Assembly (NCBI GenBank): GCA_965222115.1
Contig: CBDCTJ010000007.1
Coordinates: 416,001 to 480,000 of the forward strand
DNA from: Planctomycetota bacterium
GTDB lineage: Bacteria > Planctomycetota > PLA2 > JAEUHO01
Direction of reading: 5' to 3'
DNA length: 64,000 nt
This document shows positions 1-10,287 of this stretch, piece after piece. Positions within the stretch are counted from its first letter, which is position 1, and the number at the start of each line of letters is the position of its first letter. The notes beneath the pieces were generated by a model. It was not told where the DNA came from. It saw nothing but the letters and a program-made list of their open reading frames with translations, and ran no database searches. Both the position numbers and the translations under genes were made by a program.

Positions 1-1
1 A

Positions 2-1747
2 CACGCGTCGATCACATGGAAAGACGGACGCGCGGTCTTGGAAGACCTCGGCTCGGCCAACGGCACAACACTCAATGGAGACACCATAGCTCAGCCCGTA
101 ACGCTTGTGGAGGGCGACGTCGTTGCCTTTGGCCATGTGAGCTTTACCTATACCGCAGGTGATCTCGCGCTACGAGCCACCGCGATTGCACAGACGGATG
201 ACGATGTTCCTGTTGCTGCCGCATTGTCACCCGATGCAATCGATCCCGTCATCGATGCGCGCAGCAAAGGTGCAAGCGTGCGACTGCAACTTGTGATGGA
301 TAGCGCGACGGCTTGTGTTCAGGCAGAAACGCCGAACGATCTTTACCAAACCGTGGTCTCACTTGTTGCGGATCGCCTGCAGGCCGATCGCGTATCGTTG
401 GTCGTTGTACGACCTGGCAGTGAGTTAATGGTGGGCGCGTCGCACCCACCCGGCGCAGGGCCGCCCGCCTCAACAACCATTCGTAGCCGCGTGCTTGATC
501 TCGGCGAGTCCATTTTGGTCACCGACGCACACGAAACCCTTGCACGCAGCGCGGCAAATCAACCCTCCAGCGCATCCATCGTGGCTAGCCGCTATCGCAC
601 TCTGGCCGCGGCGCCGCTGCGCGTAGTTGAAGGGGTCCTTGGGCTGCTTTCTGTGGAGTACCTCGAACCGAATCGCCTCGAGGCCGTGGATCTGCACACG
701 CTTGCTGCCGTTTCGTGCCAAGCGGCGCTGGCCTTGCGCACGATTCGCGCGCTTGAGACTTTGCGTGGCGCACCGTCCGATTCTGCAACGCGTGGTAGTG
801 CCCCACAAACCGAACTTGTAGGCGAGAGTCCGGAAATGGATCGGCTCCGCTCGCAGTTATCCAAAGCCGCACCGACCGATGCCTCGGTCTTGCTCACGGG
901 CGAAACCGGTACCGGCAAAGAACTCGCTGCCCGCGCGGTCCATAACCAAAGTGCCCGCGCGTCGTCGCCCTTCGTTGCACTCAATTGCGCTGCGCTTGTG
1001 GAAGGACTTCTCGAGAGCGAACTCTTCGGCCACGAAAAGGGCGCGTTCACCGGCGCCGTCAAACGCCACGACGGTCGCATTGCACAAGCCGGCACAGGCA
1101 CGCTCTTCTTGGATGAGGCTGGCGAGTTGCCGCTTGCCATGCAAGCCAAACTGCTACGCGTGCTTTCGGAACGCGCCTACCGCCGTGTGGGTGGCAAGTC
1201 GCTCGAACCGGTTCACTGTCGCATCGTTGCGGCAACGAATCGCGACCTTAAGCAGGACATGGCGCACGGTACGTTTCGCGAAGACCTCTACTATCGCTTG
1301 GCCGTCGTGGTCATTTCACTGCCACCGCTACGAGAGCGTGGTGGTGATATTGAGCGCTTGGCCGAGACTGCGCTAACTCGTATCGCAGCCACACTCGGTC
1401 GTCGCGTTCCTCGCATGGCGGCTGATGCACGCGCGTGTCTCAATGACTATCGCTGGCCCGGTAATGTGCGCGAGCTGTTCAACACCATGGAACGCGTCTT
1501 GGTGTTACTCGAGGGCGACACCATTCACGCCAGCGACCTGCCGCTCGACATCCGATTGGGAACCCGAGTACCCGCCACGGCGAGTCACGACGTATTGACC
1601 CTGCGCGAGGCCGAACGCCGCGCCGTAGAAGCCGCCCTGCGTCACACCGGCGGCAAGAAGGGCGAAGCCGCCAAGTTGCTCGGCACCTCCTGGCCCACCC
1701 TCAATCGCAAGATTCGCGAATACGGCATCGACGTCCCGCCAAAATAA
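2..1747 (+). CDS. sigma54-dependent enhancer-binding protein, FHA-GAF-AAA+-HTH (5' truncated by window edge)
   Basis: The frame is open from base 2 (HASITWKDGRAVLEDLGSANGT, an FHA C-terminal motif). It then has a GAF-like region, Walker A GETGTGKE, ESELFGHEKGAFTGA, LFLDE, WPGNVREL and a Fis-type HTH. Confidence 0.93.
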   Translation, partial: HASITWKDGRAVLEDLGSANGTTLNGDTIAQPVTLVEGDVVAFGHVSFTYTAGDLALRATAIAQTDDDVPVAAALSPDAIDPVIDARSKGASVRLQLVMDSATACVQAETPNDLYQTVVSLVADRLQADRVSLVVVRPGSELMVGASHPPGAGPPASTTIRSRVLDLGESILVTDAHETLARSAANQPSSASIVASRYRTLAAAPLRVVEGVLGLLSVEYLEPNRLEAVDLHTLAAVSCQAALALRTIRALETLRGAPSDSATRGSAPQTELVGESPEMDRLRSQLSKAAPTDASVLLTGETGTGKELAARAVHNQSARASSPFVALNCAALVEGLLESELFGHEKGAFTGAVKRHDGRIAQAGTGTLFLDEAGELPLAMQAKLLRVLSERAYRRVGGKSLEPVHCRIVAATNRDLKQDMAHGTFREDLYYRLAVVVISLPPLRERGGDIERLAETALTRIAATLGRRVPRMAADARACLNDYRWPGNVRELFNTMERVLVLLEGDTIHASDLPLDIRLGTRVPATASHDVLTLREAERRAVEAALRHTGGKKGEAAKLLGTSWPTLNRKIREYGIDVPPK

Positions 1748-1777
1748 CGGGCTCGCAGGCGCTGCTATGCTGTTTCG

Positions 1778-4700
1778 ATGAGGCAATCGCATGTGGTGGT
1801 TTTGATACTGAGCGCGATTGCAGCGATTGCGCTTGGCTGGTGGGCGTTGAGCGGATCACTGACACCCCAAATCCACCAAGACCCAGTTGTTCACGGCAAC
1901 TCAAACGTGCCCACCAAGGTTGTCGAACTCCTGGCGCGCGGCACGCCAGACGCGAAACTCAAGTCACCCCCGAAGGGTTCACGAGTCATTGTGGGGCGCG
2001 TGTTGAACACGTCTGGCGAACCCGTTGAGGGTGTATTGGTTCGTGCACACGTACATGCCGGGGAATGGCCCCTGGACGCGTTTGAGCGCGCGCCACGCGA
2101 AGTGGTTGAACGCGCCTTTGCGATCCGCATTCCAACGTACGGGCCATGGGAAACCGTGTCGGGAACCGACGGGCGCTTCACACTTCGGCATATCGCCGAT
2201 GGCGTCGACGTAGACGTGGCGGCGCTTCCGCGCGGAGATCGTTACGGTACAGCGTCGATCGTTCGATCGCATGAGTACGCGAGGCATGTTGAACTTCGGG
2301 TGGGCGCGTCCGCAACGCCCATCGACGTAAACCCCTACCTGGGCGGTGGTGAACACGAGATTCGGCGCTTGGTTTCCAACGCCCCACGACCTCGCCAACA
2401 ACGTCTAGACGAGTATGACACAACGATCGATCCACAACCGCGTTGGGCCATTCCATGGGCGGGTGTACGAACGCGCGTGCATCAAAACGCACCGTCACAT
2501 CGCGTGTGGCTTCAGCGCGCACGGCCGGGCGACCACATTGAAGAAACGCTGATCGGGCCCACTACACAAATGCGACCTCAGGTCGCGTATCCACCGCTCG
2601 TGCTTCGTATTCGCAACACGAACGGCGAACCCGTTGCGCATGCAAAGGCCGTAGCACTTTGGCAAGGATCAACATCAGAGGGCAATCCCGTCCGATGTAC
2701 CACAATGGGTCGATCCAGCGTGCATGGAAACATCTCAATGACGCCTCGATCGGTGCATGGCCTTGTACGAGTCATCGTAATTGCAGAAGGGTATGCTCCC
2801 TTTGACGTCGCTTTTGATCGATCATCGCCCCGGTCGCTCGATGTTGTCTTGCAACCGGGCGCAATCGTGGAAGGGCGCGTCGTTTCTGCGCGGGGCCATC
2901 CACTGTCCGATATTCACGTATCCCTTTCATCGAGCATCGACCAAGTCCACGCCCAGGTACTGGACTGGCGTGCACGTGCACGGCAATGGCGACGATCGAT
3001 GGTGACCGGCCCCGACGGCACATTTCGATTTACTTCACTTCCCCAAGGAAAGGGGAGACTCTTCGCCAACGCGAACGCATGGATACTGCGCGCCGATCAC
3101 TGGGGCGTGGCTTATGAGGCCCACGAAGGGCAGACGGCGACACGCGAACTCGTCATGTCGCCGGCGCGAAGCGCACTCGGCGTCGTAAGGGATGCCGAGG
3201 GCAGCACGGTTTCAGGCGCGACCGTCACGGCCACATCCAATGCAACGTTTCCACCTGAGATTCGTCACACAGCCACGCAGACCGACGGAACGTTTTCGAT
3301 CGCGTCGCTGGCCACGGGCAAACGTTATCGATTCCAGGCGACCGCGCCTGGCCTACAAAGCCCGAAAACCAAACCGCTAGCAGTACACGAGGGCCTGGCG
3401 CCCCTCACACTCACGCTAGGACCGAGTTGCTCATTGCGTGGACAGGTTCTGACGGACAGCAACGAGCCAGTGCCCGGACGTGCAGTTGAGCTTGTCGAGG
3501 GATCACGTCGGGTAACGACCGACGATCGAGGAATGTTTCGGTTTGACGTGTTGTCGCCTGGTGAGCACGTCGTTTTCCTACCCGATGTCAATGACGAATT
3601 CGAAGGGCCGCCTGTAACGCGCGTATTACGTGTAGGAGATCAAGTAAGCGATGTCGTGTTACGCGCACGCATGCGCCACAGCCTCTATGGTCGCGTCGTC
3701 GATGCACAGGGACACCCCATGCGCGGGGTGCGTGTCAGGACCCATTCGAGAGGCCTTTCATCCATGCACGTCAATCCCGGCGGCTACAAGATCCTTGGCG
3801 ACGCCGGCGGAGAAGCCACGACGGACGAGGCGGGTCGATTCACAATTCGCGGCCTCACCGGTTCGGAAAACTACGTGGTGTACGTTTCGGGAGGACAACT
3901 GGATGGAACGATAGACCCGGGAGCGTCGCCGGTGCAAATCACAGTGCCCGACTCGCTCCGTGTACGCGTTCACGGCACGGTGCAGAGTCCTGATGGGGAG
4001 GCGGTTGCACATGCAAAGGTACGGCTTCGCTCGGTTCCCAAGCGACGCGCCTGGTTTCCCGCTGGGGAGACATCCTATGTTATAGCGCCAGCTATGAACG
4101 GGTCATTTGACGCGGAGATTCTCACTACCCATCCGAACGTCGCAGTCACGGTTACGGACGCCTTGATGGCCGATGGAACACGCTTGGTGAACTCGTCGAA
4201 GCAGATCGTCGCTCGTGAATCGCCTCCGCTTCGATTCGAACTGCGTGAAAAGCAAGCCGACGCTGCAGACACGCCGTCGGAGGCCTTCGACAAGCTGCTC
4301 GTACGCGGCATCGTCGTGGATCCCGAGGGCCGACCTCTAGCGGGTATCAAGGTTCGTGAGGAGGGCGGTACCGGTCGCAGGCAGCGCTCTACGGAAACCC
4401 TACATGACGGCACATTCGAACTTCAGGTGAGGCTCGTCGAATCCAAACTCCACATACAACCCAGTCGCGACGAACACCGGACGCTCCATGAAATTCACAA
4501 CTTCTCGGCCAAGGCAAACGACGAAGTTGTTGTTGTTCAACTTTCACGCGGCCACCAATTGGAGGGTGTCGTGGTTGGGGAACACGGAGAACCGGTTATG
4601 ACCGGAAGAGTGACACTAAGCCACGTGGCGAATCCTCTCGCAGACGTTGGTCGATTGCCTGGCGCGGATATCGCGTTTCTCTGGAATCGCACCAATCGAT

Positions 4701-5347
4701 TCCACTTCGGGCCTTTGAAACCTGGAACCTATGTGCTCTCCTACGGCTCGGAACACATCGGCCAGCGCGGTCGCCATTGGATCGAAAAACCGCTGCACGT
4801 AACGGTGCCTAGCCCGCGGGTTCGAATGACCCTTCGCGAGACATGGAATATGGGAGGTTATGTACAGGGTGACCGTATCGCAGCATTTCGTGTGTATTGG
4901 TATCCGGACGAACGAGCCCAACGAAACGGCGACAGGCTCTTTGATTTCGATTGGCCTGGATCGGTTACAAAGGACGGCCACATTCGCATGGTAAGGCTGC
5001 GCGAAGCAAAGGGCCGCATCTACGTTCGCAACGAGAACGATGATCGATATGCGGTTGCCCGTGTTTCTCGGAACGCGAACGAGCCTGTGATCGCGCTCAA
5101 ACAAGGCCATCGCATTCAAGGCAGGCTGCAGTGGCCGAAACCGCTCAAGAAGAGACCGGGAGCGACGGTCACGGCGACCCAGAACGGCATCAAGGTACAC
5201 ACCCGCTACAACGAGCAAGGCGAGTTCATGTTTCGCGGGTTGCGTCCCGGTGTGTGGACCCTTGCGGCCGAAACACGCGAGGCACACTTTGGGCCCCTCG
5301 ACGTTGAGACCCCGGCGAATGAGGTCGTACTCCACCCAGCCAAATAG
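1778..5347 (+). CDS. Membrane-anchored protein with tandem carboxypeptidase-regulatory-like (transthyretin-like beta-sandwich) repeats
   Basis: N-terminal TM helix followed by repeated GRVVDxxGxPxxGxxV...TDxxGRF motifs. Confidence 0.8.
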   Translation: MRQSHVVVLILSAIAAIALGWWALSGSLTPQIHQDPVVHGNSNVPTKVVELLARGTPDAKLKSPPKGSRVIVGRVLNTSGEPVEGVLVRAHVHAGEWPLDAFERAPREVVERAFAIRIPTYGPWETVSGTDGRFTLRHIADGVDVDVAALPRGDRYGTASIVRSHEYARHVELRVGASATPIDVNPYLGGGEHEIRRLVSNAPRPRQQRLDEYDTTIDPQPRWAIPWAGVRTRVHQNAPSHRVWLQRARPGDHIEETLIGPTTQMRPQVAYPPLVLRIRNTNGEPVAHAKAVALWQGSTSEGNPVRCTTMGRSSVHGNISMTPRSVHGLVRVIVIAEGYAPFDVAFDRSSPRSLDVVLQPGAIVEGRVVSARGHPLSDIHVSLSSSIDQVHAQVLDWRARARQWRRSMVTGPDGTFRFTSLPQGKGRLFANANAWILRADHWGVAYEAHEGQTATRELVMSPARSALGVVRDAEGSTVSGATVTATSNATFPPEIRHTATQTDGTFSIASLATGKRYRFQATAPGLQSPKTKPLAVHEGLAPLTLTLGPSCSLRGQVLTDSNEPVPGRAVELVEGSRRVTTDDRGMFRFDVLSPGEHVVFLPDVNDEFEGPPVTRVLRVGDQVSDVVLRARMRHSLYGRVVDAQGHPMRGVRVRTHSRGLSSMHVNPGGYKILGDAGGEATTDEAGRFTIRGLTGSENYVVYVSGGQLDGTIDPGASPVQITVPDSLRVRVHGTVQSPDGEAVAHAKVRLRSVPKRRAWFPAGETSYVIAPAMNGSFDAEILTTHPNVAVTVTDALMADGTRLVNSSKQIVARESPPLRFELREKQADAADTPSEAFDKLLVRGIVVDPEGRPLAGIKVREEGGTGRRQRSTETLHDGTFELQVRLVESKLHIQPSRDEHRTLHEIHNFSAKANDEVVVVQLSRGHQLEGVVVGEHGEPVMTGRVTLSHVANPLADVGRLPGADIAFLWNRTNRFHFGPLKPGTYVLSYGSEHIGQRGRHWIEKPLHVTVPSPRVRMTLRETWNMGGYVQGDRIAAFRVYWYPDERAQRNGDRLFDFDWPGSVTKDGHIRMVRLREAKGRIYVRNENDDRYAVARVSRNANEPVIALKQGHRIQGRLQWPKPLKKRPGATVTATQNGIKVHTRYNEQGEFMFRGLRPGVWTLAAETREAHFGPLDVETPANEVVLHPAK

Positions 5348-5371
5348 GTAATGCCTGAGAGCGCTGCGGAC

Positions 5372-5401
5372 TGAACGAAACGTTCAATTGTTGGTTGAAC
5401 G
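5372..5401. promoter_or_regulatory. Overlapping palindromes, candidate enhancer (UAS)
   Basis: TGAACG-AAA-CGTTCA (5372-5386) and CGTTCAA-N7-TTGAACG (5381-5401), about 105-135 bp upstream of the sigma54 box. Confidence 0.4.
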
Positions 5402-5504
5402 AGCCGTGCAATGGGCCTTGGGAGGCGCAGGGGGGAGTTGCACGCACTGCCCCTAAGCGCCTGCGATACCATGATTTAGGAAGCCCTCATGAATGCGGCC
5501 ACGG

Positions 5505-5520
5505 TGGCACGGCACTTGTG
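5505..5520 (+). promoter_or_regulatory. sigma54 (-24/-12) promoter
   Basis: TGGCACG-GCAC-TTGTG against consensus TGGCACG-N4-TTGC. Spacing is correct with one mismatch at -12, and it lies upstream of the kinase start. Confidence 0.65.
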
Positions 5521-5571
5521 AATAAGGCTCTTATGGCCAAGGTTTGGACCAGGAAAGGCGGTGCGCGGGCG

Positions 5572-7449
5572 ATGGGCACCCTCCGTGGCAAGACGTGGCG
5601 TGTGCGCTGTCCTCAGTGCGAACGAGACGTGATTCACGATCCCAAGTCACTGCGCGCGCACTGCGCCGCGTGTGACTACGCGTTCGTACCCGCTGAAATG
5701 CCAACGGCGGCGATTCGGCGCAAGCACGGCGACGAGATCGCTGTCCCCGCACACCCCTGGACCGGCAAGACGTTGGGGCCTTGGACCATTGTTCGTCATC
5801 TAGGCGACGGCGGTATGGGCCAGGTATTCGAAGCGCGCGGCAAGAAGGGGCGCACACGCGTAGCGCTCAAAGTGCTTCGCAGCGAACTCTCCACCGACCC
5901 CAAATTCGTCAAACGCTTTCACCGCGAAGCGCGCGTGCTCAAGAGTCTTTCGCATCCCCACATTGTGGCGATGTTAGATCAGGGCGAAGACGATGGGCTT
6001 CTGTGGATCGCCATGGAGTACGTACGCGGCGAAACGCTGCGTCACGTGATGGCCCGCGGCACGATGTCGATGAAGACCCTTTCGCATCTCGGTTCGCAAA
6101 TCGGTTCCGCACTGGACTACGCCCACAAGAAAGGCGTAATTCACCGCGATCTCAAACCCGAAAACGTCATTGTTGACGAACAGGGCGACGTTCATTTGGT
6201 GGACTTCGGGCTCTCCAAGCTTCATGAAACAACGCTTGCCGACAACGACTCGCGCTTGACGCGAACCGACGTGATTATGGGCACCTACGAATACATGGCG
6301 CCCGAGCATCGCCGCGGCGATCAGAAACTCGACGCGCGGGCCGATGTGTTCTCCTACGGCGTATTGCTCTACGAAATGGCCACCGGTTCCTTGCCGCTGG
6401 GCCGCTTTGCGTTGCCCTCAGAACTTCGTAGCGAACTCCCGACCGAACTCGACGAGATTGTTTCGAAGGCACTTGCTACCAACCCGAAAGATCGCTACGG
6501 CGCTGCCAGCGACATGGCGATTTCGTTGCACGAATGCGCGGGCATGAAGAAGTCGCGTCGTTGCCGGTGGTCGCGAAAGAAAGACAAAGCAACCGTCACG
6601 CCCGCGAGCGAGGGAGACATTGCCGACGCGCGTCGCATGCTTCGCCACGTAGAGCTTGTGGCATCCCTCGACCGCGTTGTTGCAATCCTATTCTTATTGG
6701 CCGGGACGATTGGCGTGCCTTTTGTGCGCGAGTTCATATCGTTCCCCTCCGTGCCCACAATGACGGGATTGAGCCTCGTGCTCATCATCATTGGCGTCAT
6801 GCTCTGGAAGCAGGGCAAAGCCCTGTCGCGAATGCAACCGGGGAGTCGATCGCGCCAAATCACAGCCAGTGCGTTTATGTGCTTGCTACCGCCGGTCATC
6901 ATTTTCGGCGGCATCTACGGCTTGATCGTCATGACCTCGGATCGCGCCCGCCGCGCATTTCGACTCGGCAAAGACGCATTACTTGACGACGACCAACGCG
7001 TTGAGCCCACGCTACCGGCCAAACCACGCCCCAAACACGCGCCCATGCCGTTCGCACCTCGTGCGGCACCCAAGGACTTTGGCATCGGCATGCGTATCTA
7101 CGCGCTTTGCGGTGTGTTGCTCAGCCTCTATGCCGTGCTTGTGTGCACCTCGGTGGAACTGTTTGGACGATCGGGTGGATCAGGCAGCGACATCCTCACC
7201 GTACGCCCCAGCCATGACGGCATCCTGAGCATGTCGTCGAGCGACATTCACGACTTTGGCGGCGTCATGCTCGTCGCGTGCTTCGTTTCGGTACTGGTCT
7301 TGCTCTACACGTTCGCGCGCCGGCGCGTCGTGCGCGGGTGGGGCCTCGCGTTTGTCATCGCGTCCTTTGTGTTTGGCGCGTCCTATTGGTTACACCACGC
7401 CGCCACATCGGCGGGGTTTGCGAGTCCGCTTTTCGGCCACGCCCTTTGA
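5572..7449 (+). CDS. Ser/Thr protein kinase with N-terminal zinc ribbon and C-terminal multi-pass membrane domain
   Basis: CPQC...CAAC, LGDGGMGQV, VALK, HRDLKPEN, DFG, GTYEYMAPE and several hydrophobic helices. Start ATG 5572 chosen for the upstream AGGAAAGG (ORF open from 5395). Confidence 0.9.
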   Translation: MGTLRGKTWRVRCPQCERDVIHDPKSLRAHCAACDYAFVPAEMPTAAIRRKHGDEIAVPAHPWTGKTLGPWTIVRHLGDGGMGQVFEARGKKGRTRVALKVLRSELSTDPKFVKRFHREARVLKSLSHPHIVAMLDQGEDDGLLWIAMEYVRGETLRHVMARGTMSMKTLSHLGSQIGSALDYAHKKGVIHRDLKPENVIVDEQGDVHLVDFGLSKLHETTLADNDSRLTRTDVIMGTYEYMAPEHRRGDQKLDARADVFSYGVLLYEMATGSLPLGRFALPSELRSELPTELDEIVSKALATNPKDRYGAASDMAISLHECAGMKKSRRCRWSRKKDKATVTPASEGDIADARRMLRHVELVASLDRVVAILFLLAGTIGVPFVREFISFPSVPTMTGLSLVLIIIGVMLWKQGKALSRMQPGSRSRQITASAFMCLLPPVIIFGGIYGLIVMTSDRARRAFRLGKDALLDDDQRVEPTLPAKPRPKHAPMPFAPRAAPKDFGIGMRIYALCGVLLSLYAVLVCTSVELFGRSGGSGSDILTVRPSHDGILSMSSSDIHDFGGVMLVACFVSVLVLLYTFARRRVVRGWGLAFVIASFVFGASYWLHHAATSAGFASPLFGHAL

Positions 7450-7542
7450 GTGTTGGACGTAGTCGAATGCACAGATTTTCGCTGATCATGCACGGCGTGT
7501 GATCCGCATTCGTTTCCCTCCCGTCCTATTTAGGAGACTGTT

Positions 7543-8364
7543 ATGAAGAAACTACTTGTCCTGGGTCTGATTGGCTTTGGTCTGGTGTCGTTTGTGGGTG
7601 CAGACGTCGTCAAGTCGTCGGTAAAGAACATTCGTCACGCCGCGCGCGAAGCACTCACCAAAGACCTGCCCCTTGAACAGCAACTCGCCGAAGCGCGTTC
7701 GCAAATCGACAGCTACGCACAGAGCATCATTCGCGGTGAAGTCGCCGCCGAGAATTTGAAAGACATGATCGCCGATGCCGAACGCGATGTACGCACGCTC
7801 ACCGCACGTGTAGGTCATGATCGCGAAGCACTTGCAGCGCTTCGCACGCAGCTCACGAGCGACCGTGTGGAGATTGTGCCCACGGGGACGAGCGCCGCGA
7901 CGCAACGCACCGGTTCGGAAGAAGCGGTTGCCATCATGCGCGCCAAGCGCTTTCAAGCCACGAGTGAGATTCTCGCGCGTCGCACCAAAGACGTGGCACG
8001 GTTGAAGGCCGAATACCAAGGCACGCTTGATTCGCTTGCCAAGGCACAGAGCCAGCAGCTTCGCTTGCAAGAAGAAGTGCGCGTGCTCGCTGCGGAGATT
8101 GAGTCACTCAACGCGCGCCAAGCGGCCGCGCGCACCCGTCACGCCGTTGGCAATCCTTCGGTGTCGGAGAGCGGTTTCGCCGATGCGCAAGCCAAGATCA
8201 AGTCGATTCGCACCAAGCTGCGCGAACAGAACAAGATGTTGCGCCACTTTGAGGTGCAGAGCGACGTTCGCGCTGCCAGCGATCACGCCTCCACGGCTGT
8301 GCTTCCCGGCGACGCCGTCCAGGCCATTGATGAAGTACTCACGGCCTATCCGGCAAGCAAGTAA
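7543..8364 (+). CDS. Coiled-coil protein with N-terminal signal/anchor, PspA/IM30-like
   Basis: AGGAG RBS, MKKLLVLGLIGFGLVSF leader, long heptad helices (PLEQQLAEARSQI...). The PspA resemblance is by eye. Confidence 0.6.
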   Translation: MKKLLVLGLIGFGLVSFVGADVVKSSVKNIRHAAREALTKDLPLEQQLAEARSQIDSYAQSIIRGEVAAENLKDMIADAERDVRTLTARVGHDREALAALRTQLTSDRVEIVPTGTSAATQRTGSEEAVAIMRAKRFQATSEILARRTKDVARLKAEYQGTLDSLAKAQSQQLRLQEEVRVLAAEIESLNARQAAARTRHAVGNPSVSESGFADAQAKIKSIRTKLREQNKMLRHFEVQSDVRAASDHASTAVLPGDAVQAIDEVLTAYPASK

Positions 8365-8437
8365 CACGTCTCCCGGTGCCGCGGCGACCAACGCGTCGCC
8401 GCGGCATGTCCTCCCACACACTTCATGAAACGAGGAG

Positions 8438-9466
8438 ATGGCCGTGGCCAAGCATCTCGGAGATCACACATCCACGCCGTTTTCCGCGAAACCGCGTAAG
8501 CGTTTCCGCGCGATTCGACGCGTTGCGTGGCTAGCACTCTTTGCCGCGCTGACAGTCGAGGGCTACACGCGCATTCATGAACACCGCGCGCGCAGAAGCC
8601 TCACGCACGACGCACGCCACCTGTCTATGTCAGGCGGCCAGCCAGGGCGCCACACGCCATTTTCACGTATGTCAAACGACGCCGAATGGCGCGCCTTGGT
8701 CGAGCACAAGAACGTGGCCGCAGCGATTGATGTCTCAACGCGCGGTGCGGCTCACTTTGGTCGCGACGCCAACCGTGTGCGGCACTCATTGGCCGAGCTT
8801 GCCGCAACGCAGGGACTTCGCGCCCTGCAGGAACCGTCCACGTCGGGCCATGTATTGGCCGCACGTCTCTATCAAGCCGCCGGCGATGGCACCGCCGCGG
8901 CACGCCACTGGCAATTCGCAAGTCGCCTGGCACCCAGCGACGACACACTTGAAAGGCGTGCCGACGCATCGATCAATCTCGCCATGGCCCACCGCGCGCG
9001 TCCCGCCACGCGCACCGCAGGCGGCGCTGGATTCGGCGTTTTGCTCCTCAGTTCACTACTCGGTGGCTTCGCTGGAAAGTGCCACAAGAAACGCAGGCGC
9101 TATGTCGATTCCATTCGTGGTTCCGTGCGCATGGTGGTGGACGGCGACGGCAGCCAAGTCGCGCCCACGCTTGATCGAGACAGTTCATCACTCTTGGTCG
9201 ACGTATTGCTGCGCGGTCGCTATGGTCTTGCGCCCAAGTGTTTGCGTCGCAAGGGCCCAACGATGCAGATCACCTGCTCCCACCCCGAAGCCTCCAAATC
9301 GCTGCGCTTGCGTCCCACGGGCGACGTCCGCGGCGACGCCGTACGCGTCAAGGTCACCCGCGAAACGCTCAAGCGTCTCAAATCCGAGCCCGGCACCTGG
9401 CGTATGTTCGTTCAACTCGACGATCGCTGCATCGCCACGGCACCGCTTCACGTGCAGAACGCCTAG
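8438..9466 (+). CDS. Hypothetical membrane protein (two TM segments, TPR-like middle)
   Basis: GAGGAG RBS, two hydrophobic stretches, ARLYQAAGDGTAAARHWQFASRLAP TPR-like segment. Confidence 0.65.
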   Translation: MAVAKHLGDHTSTPFSAKPRKRFRAIRRVAWLALFAALTVEGYTRIHEHRARRSLTHDARHLSMSGGQPGRHTPFSRMSNDAEWRALVEHKNVAAAIDVSTRGAAHFGRDANRVRHSLAELAATQGLRALQEPSTSGHVLAARLYQAAGDGTAAARHWQFASRLAPSDDTLERRADASINLAMAHRARPATRTAGGAGFGVLLLSSLLGGFAGKCHKKRRRYVDSIRGSVRMVVDGDGSQVAPTLDRDSSSLLVDVLLRGRYGLAPKCLRRKGPTMQITCSHPEASKSLRLRPTGDVRGDAVRVKVTRETLKRLKSEPGTWRMFVQLDDRCIATAPLHVQNA

Positions 9467-9521
9467 CCCGGATTGCTCATGAAGCGCGCGATTTACCCAA
9501 GTTCATGAGTATTCCGGGCTA
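9464..9521. repeat. Inverted-repeat element, family A (MITE/REP-like)
   Basis: TAGCCCGGATTGCTCATGAA ... TTCATGAGTATTCCGGGCTA, arms 18/20 complementary. A related copy is at 22293. Confidence 0.75.
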
Positions 9522-9570
9522 ACCTGCCGTTTTCCTCTGCACTACAAAATGCGTGCGCGGCGGGGATGCC

Positions 9571-10209
9571 ATGAGCGATTCGATTACTGCGCGGCTCTCA
9601 AGCACCCTCGGGCGGCGGCATGGCAAGCCAAACATTGCGCTCGCCAAGGATCTTGTCAATCGCCAGGATGAGCGTCTGATCGATGCGGTAATCGCGTTGC
9701 TCGAGCACAAAACGAAGGCCATTCGCCACGACGCCATTGAAGTGCTCTACGAGATTGGGCAGCGAGACCCGTACTTACTTGAATCGCACTTCGACGTAAT
9801 TTCCGAAGGGCTTGACAGCAACGACAATCGCATGCTGTGGCGCACACTTGCCACGATTGACACGCTGTGCGGCGTGGTTCCAAAGAAGACCATGGCGCTG
9901 CTCACACAGATAGTGGACGCTGGCGATCGTGGCTCGGTAATCGCCAAGGACAAGACCATTTCTATTCTCACCACCCTGGCAGAAGAGCCGGCATACGCGT
10001 CAAAGCTCGCGCCGATCATGCTCGCGCGCCTCAAATCGGCCGCGCCCAATCAGTTCCCGACCTATGCCGAGAAGATTGCGGTGGTGATCGCCGAAGATTC
10101 ACGTGATGAACTCGTAGCGATCCTCGAAGACCGATTGGAATCTATCGAGCAGGCGTCAAAGGCTAGACGCGTGGACAAAGTGATCGCGAAGTTGATCGAA
10201 TCACGCTGA
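9571..10209 (+). CDS. HEAT-repeat-like conserved hypothetical protein
   Basis: All-helical, IRHDAIEVLYEIG and DSNDNRMLW motifs. Confidence 0.75.
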   Translation: MSDSITARLSSTLGRRHGKPNIALAKDLVNRQDERLIDAVIALLEHKTKAIRHDAIEVLYEIGQRDPYLLESHFDVISEGLDSNDNRMLWRTLATIDTLCGVVPKKTMALLTQIVDAGDRGSVIAKDKTISILTTLAEEPAYASKLAPIMLARLKSAAPNQFPTYAEKIAVVIAEDSRDELVAILEDRLESIEQASKARRVDKVIAKLIESR

Positions 10210-10287
10210 GTGCTATTTGGGTGAACCTCAAGCGCGAACCGCTACGTGGCATTGCGCACACGCAACACGTATTACTAAGCAATCCGA

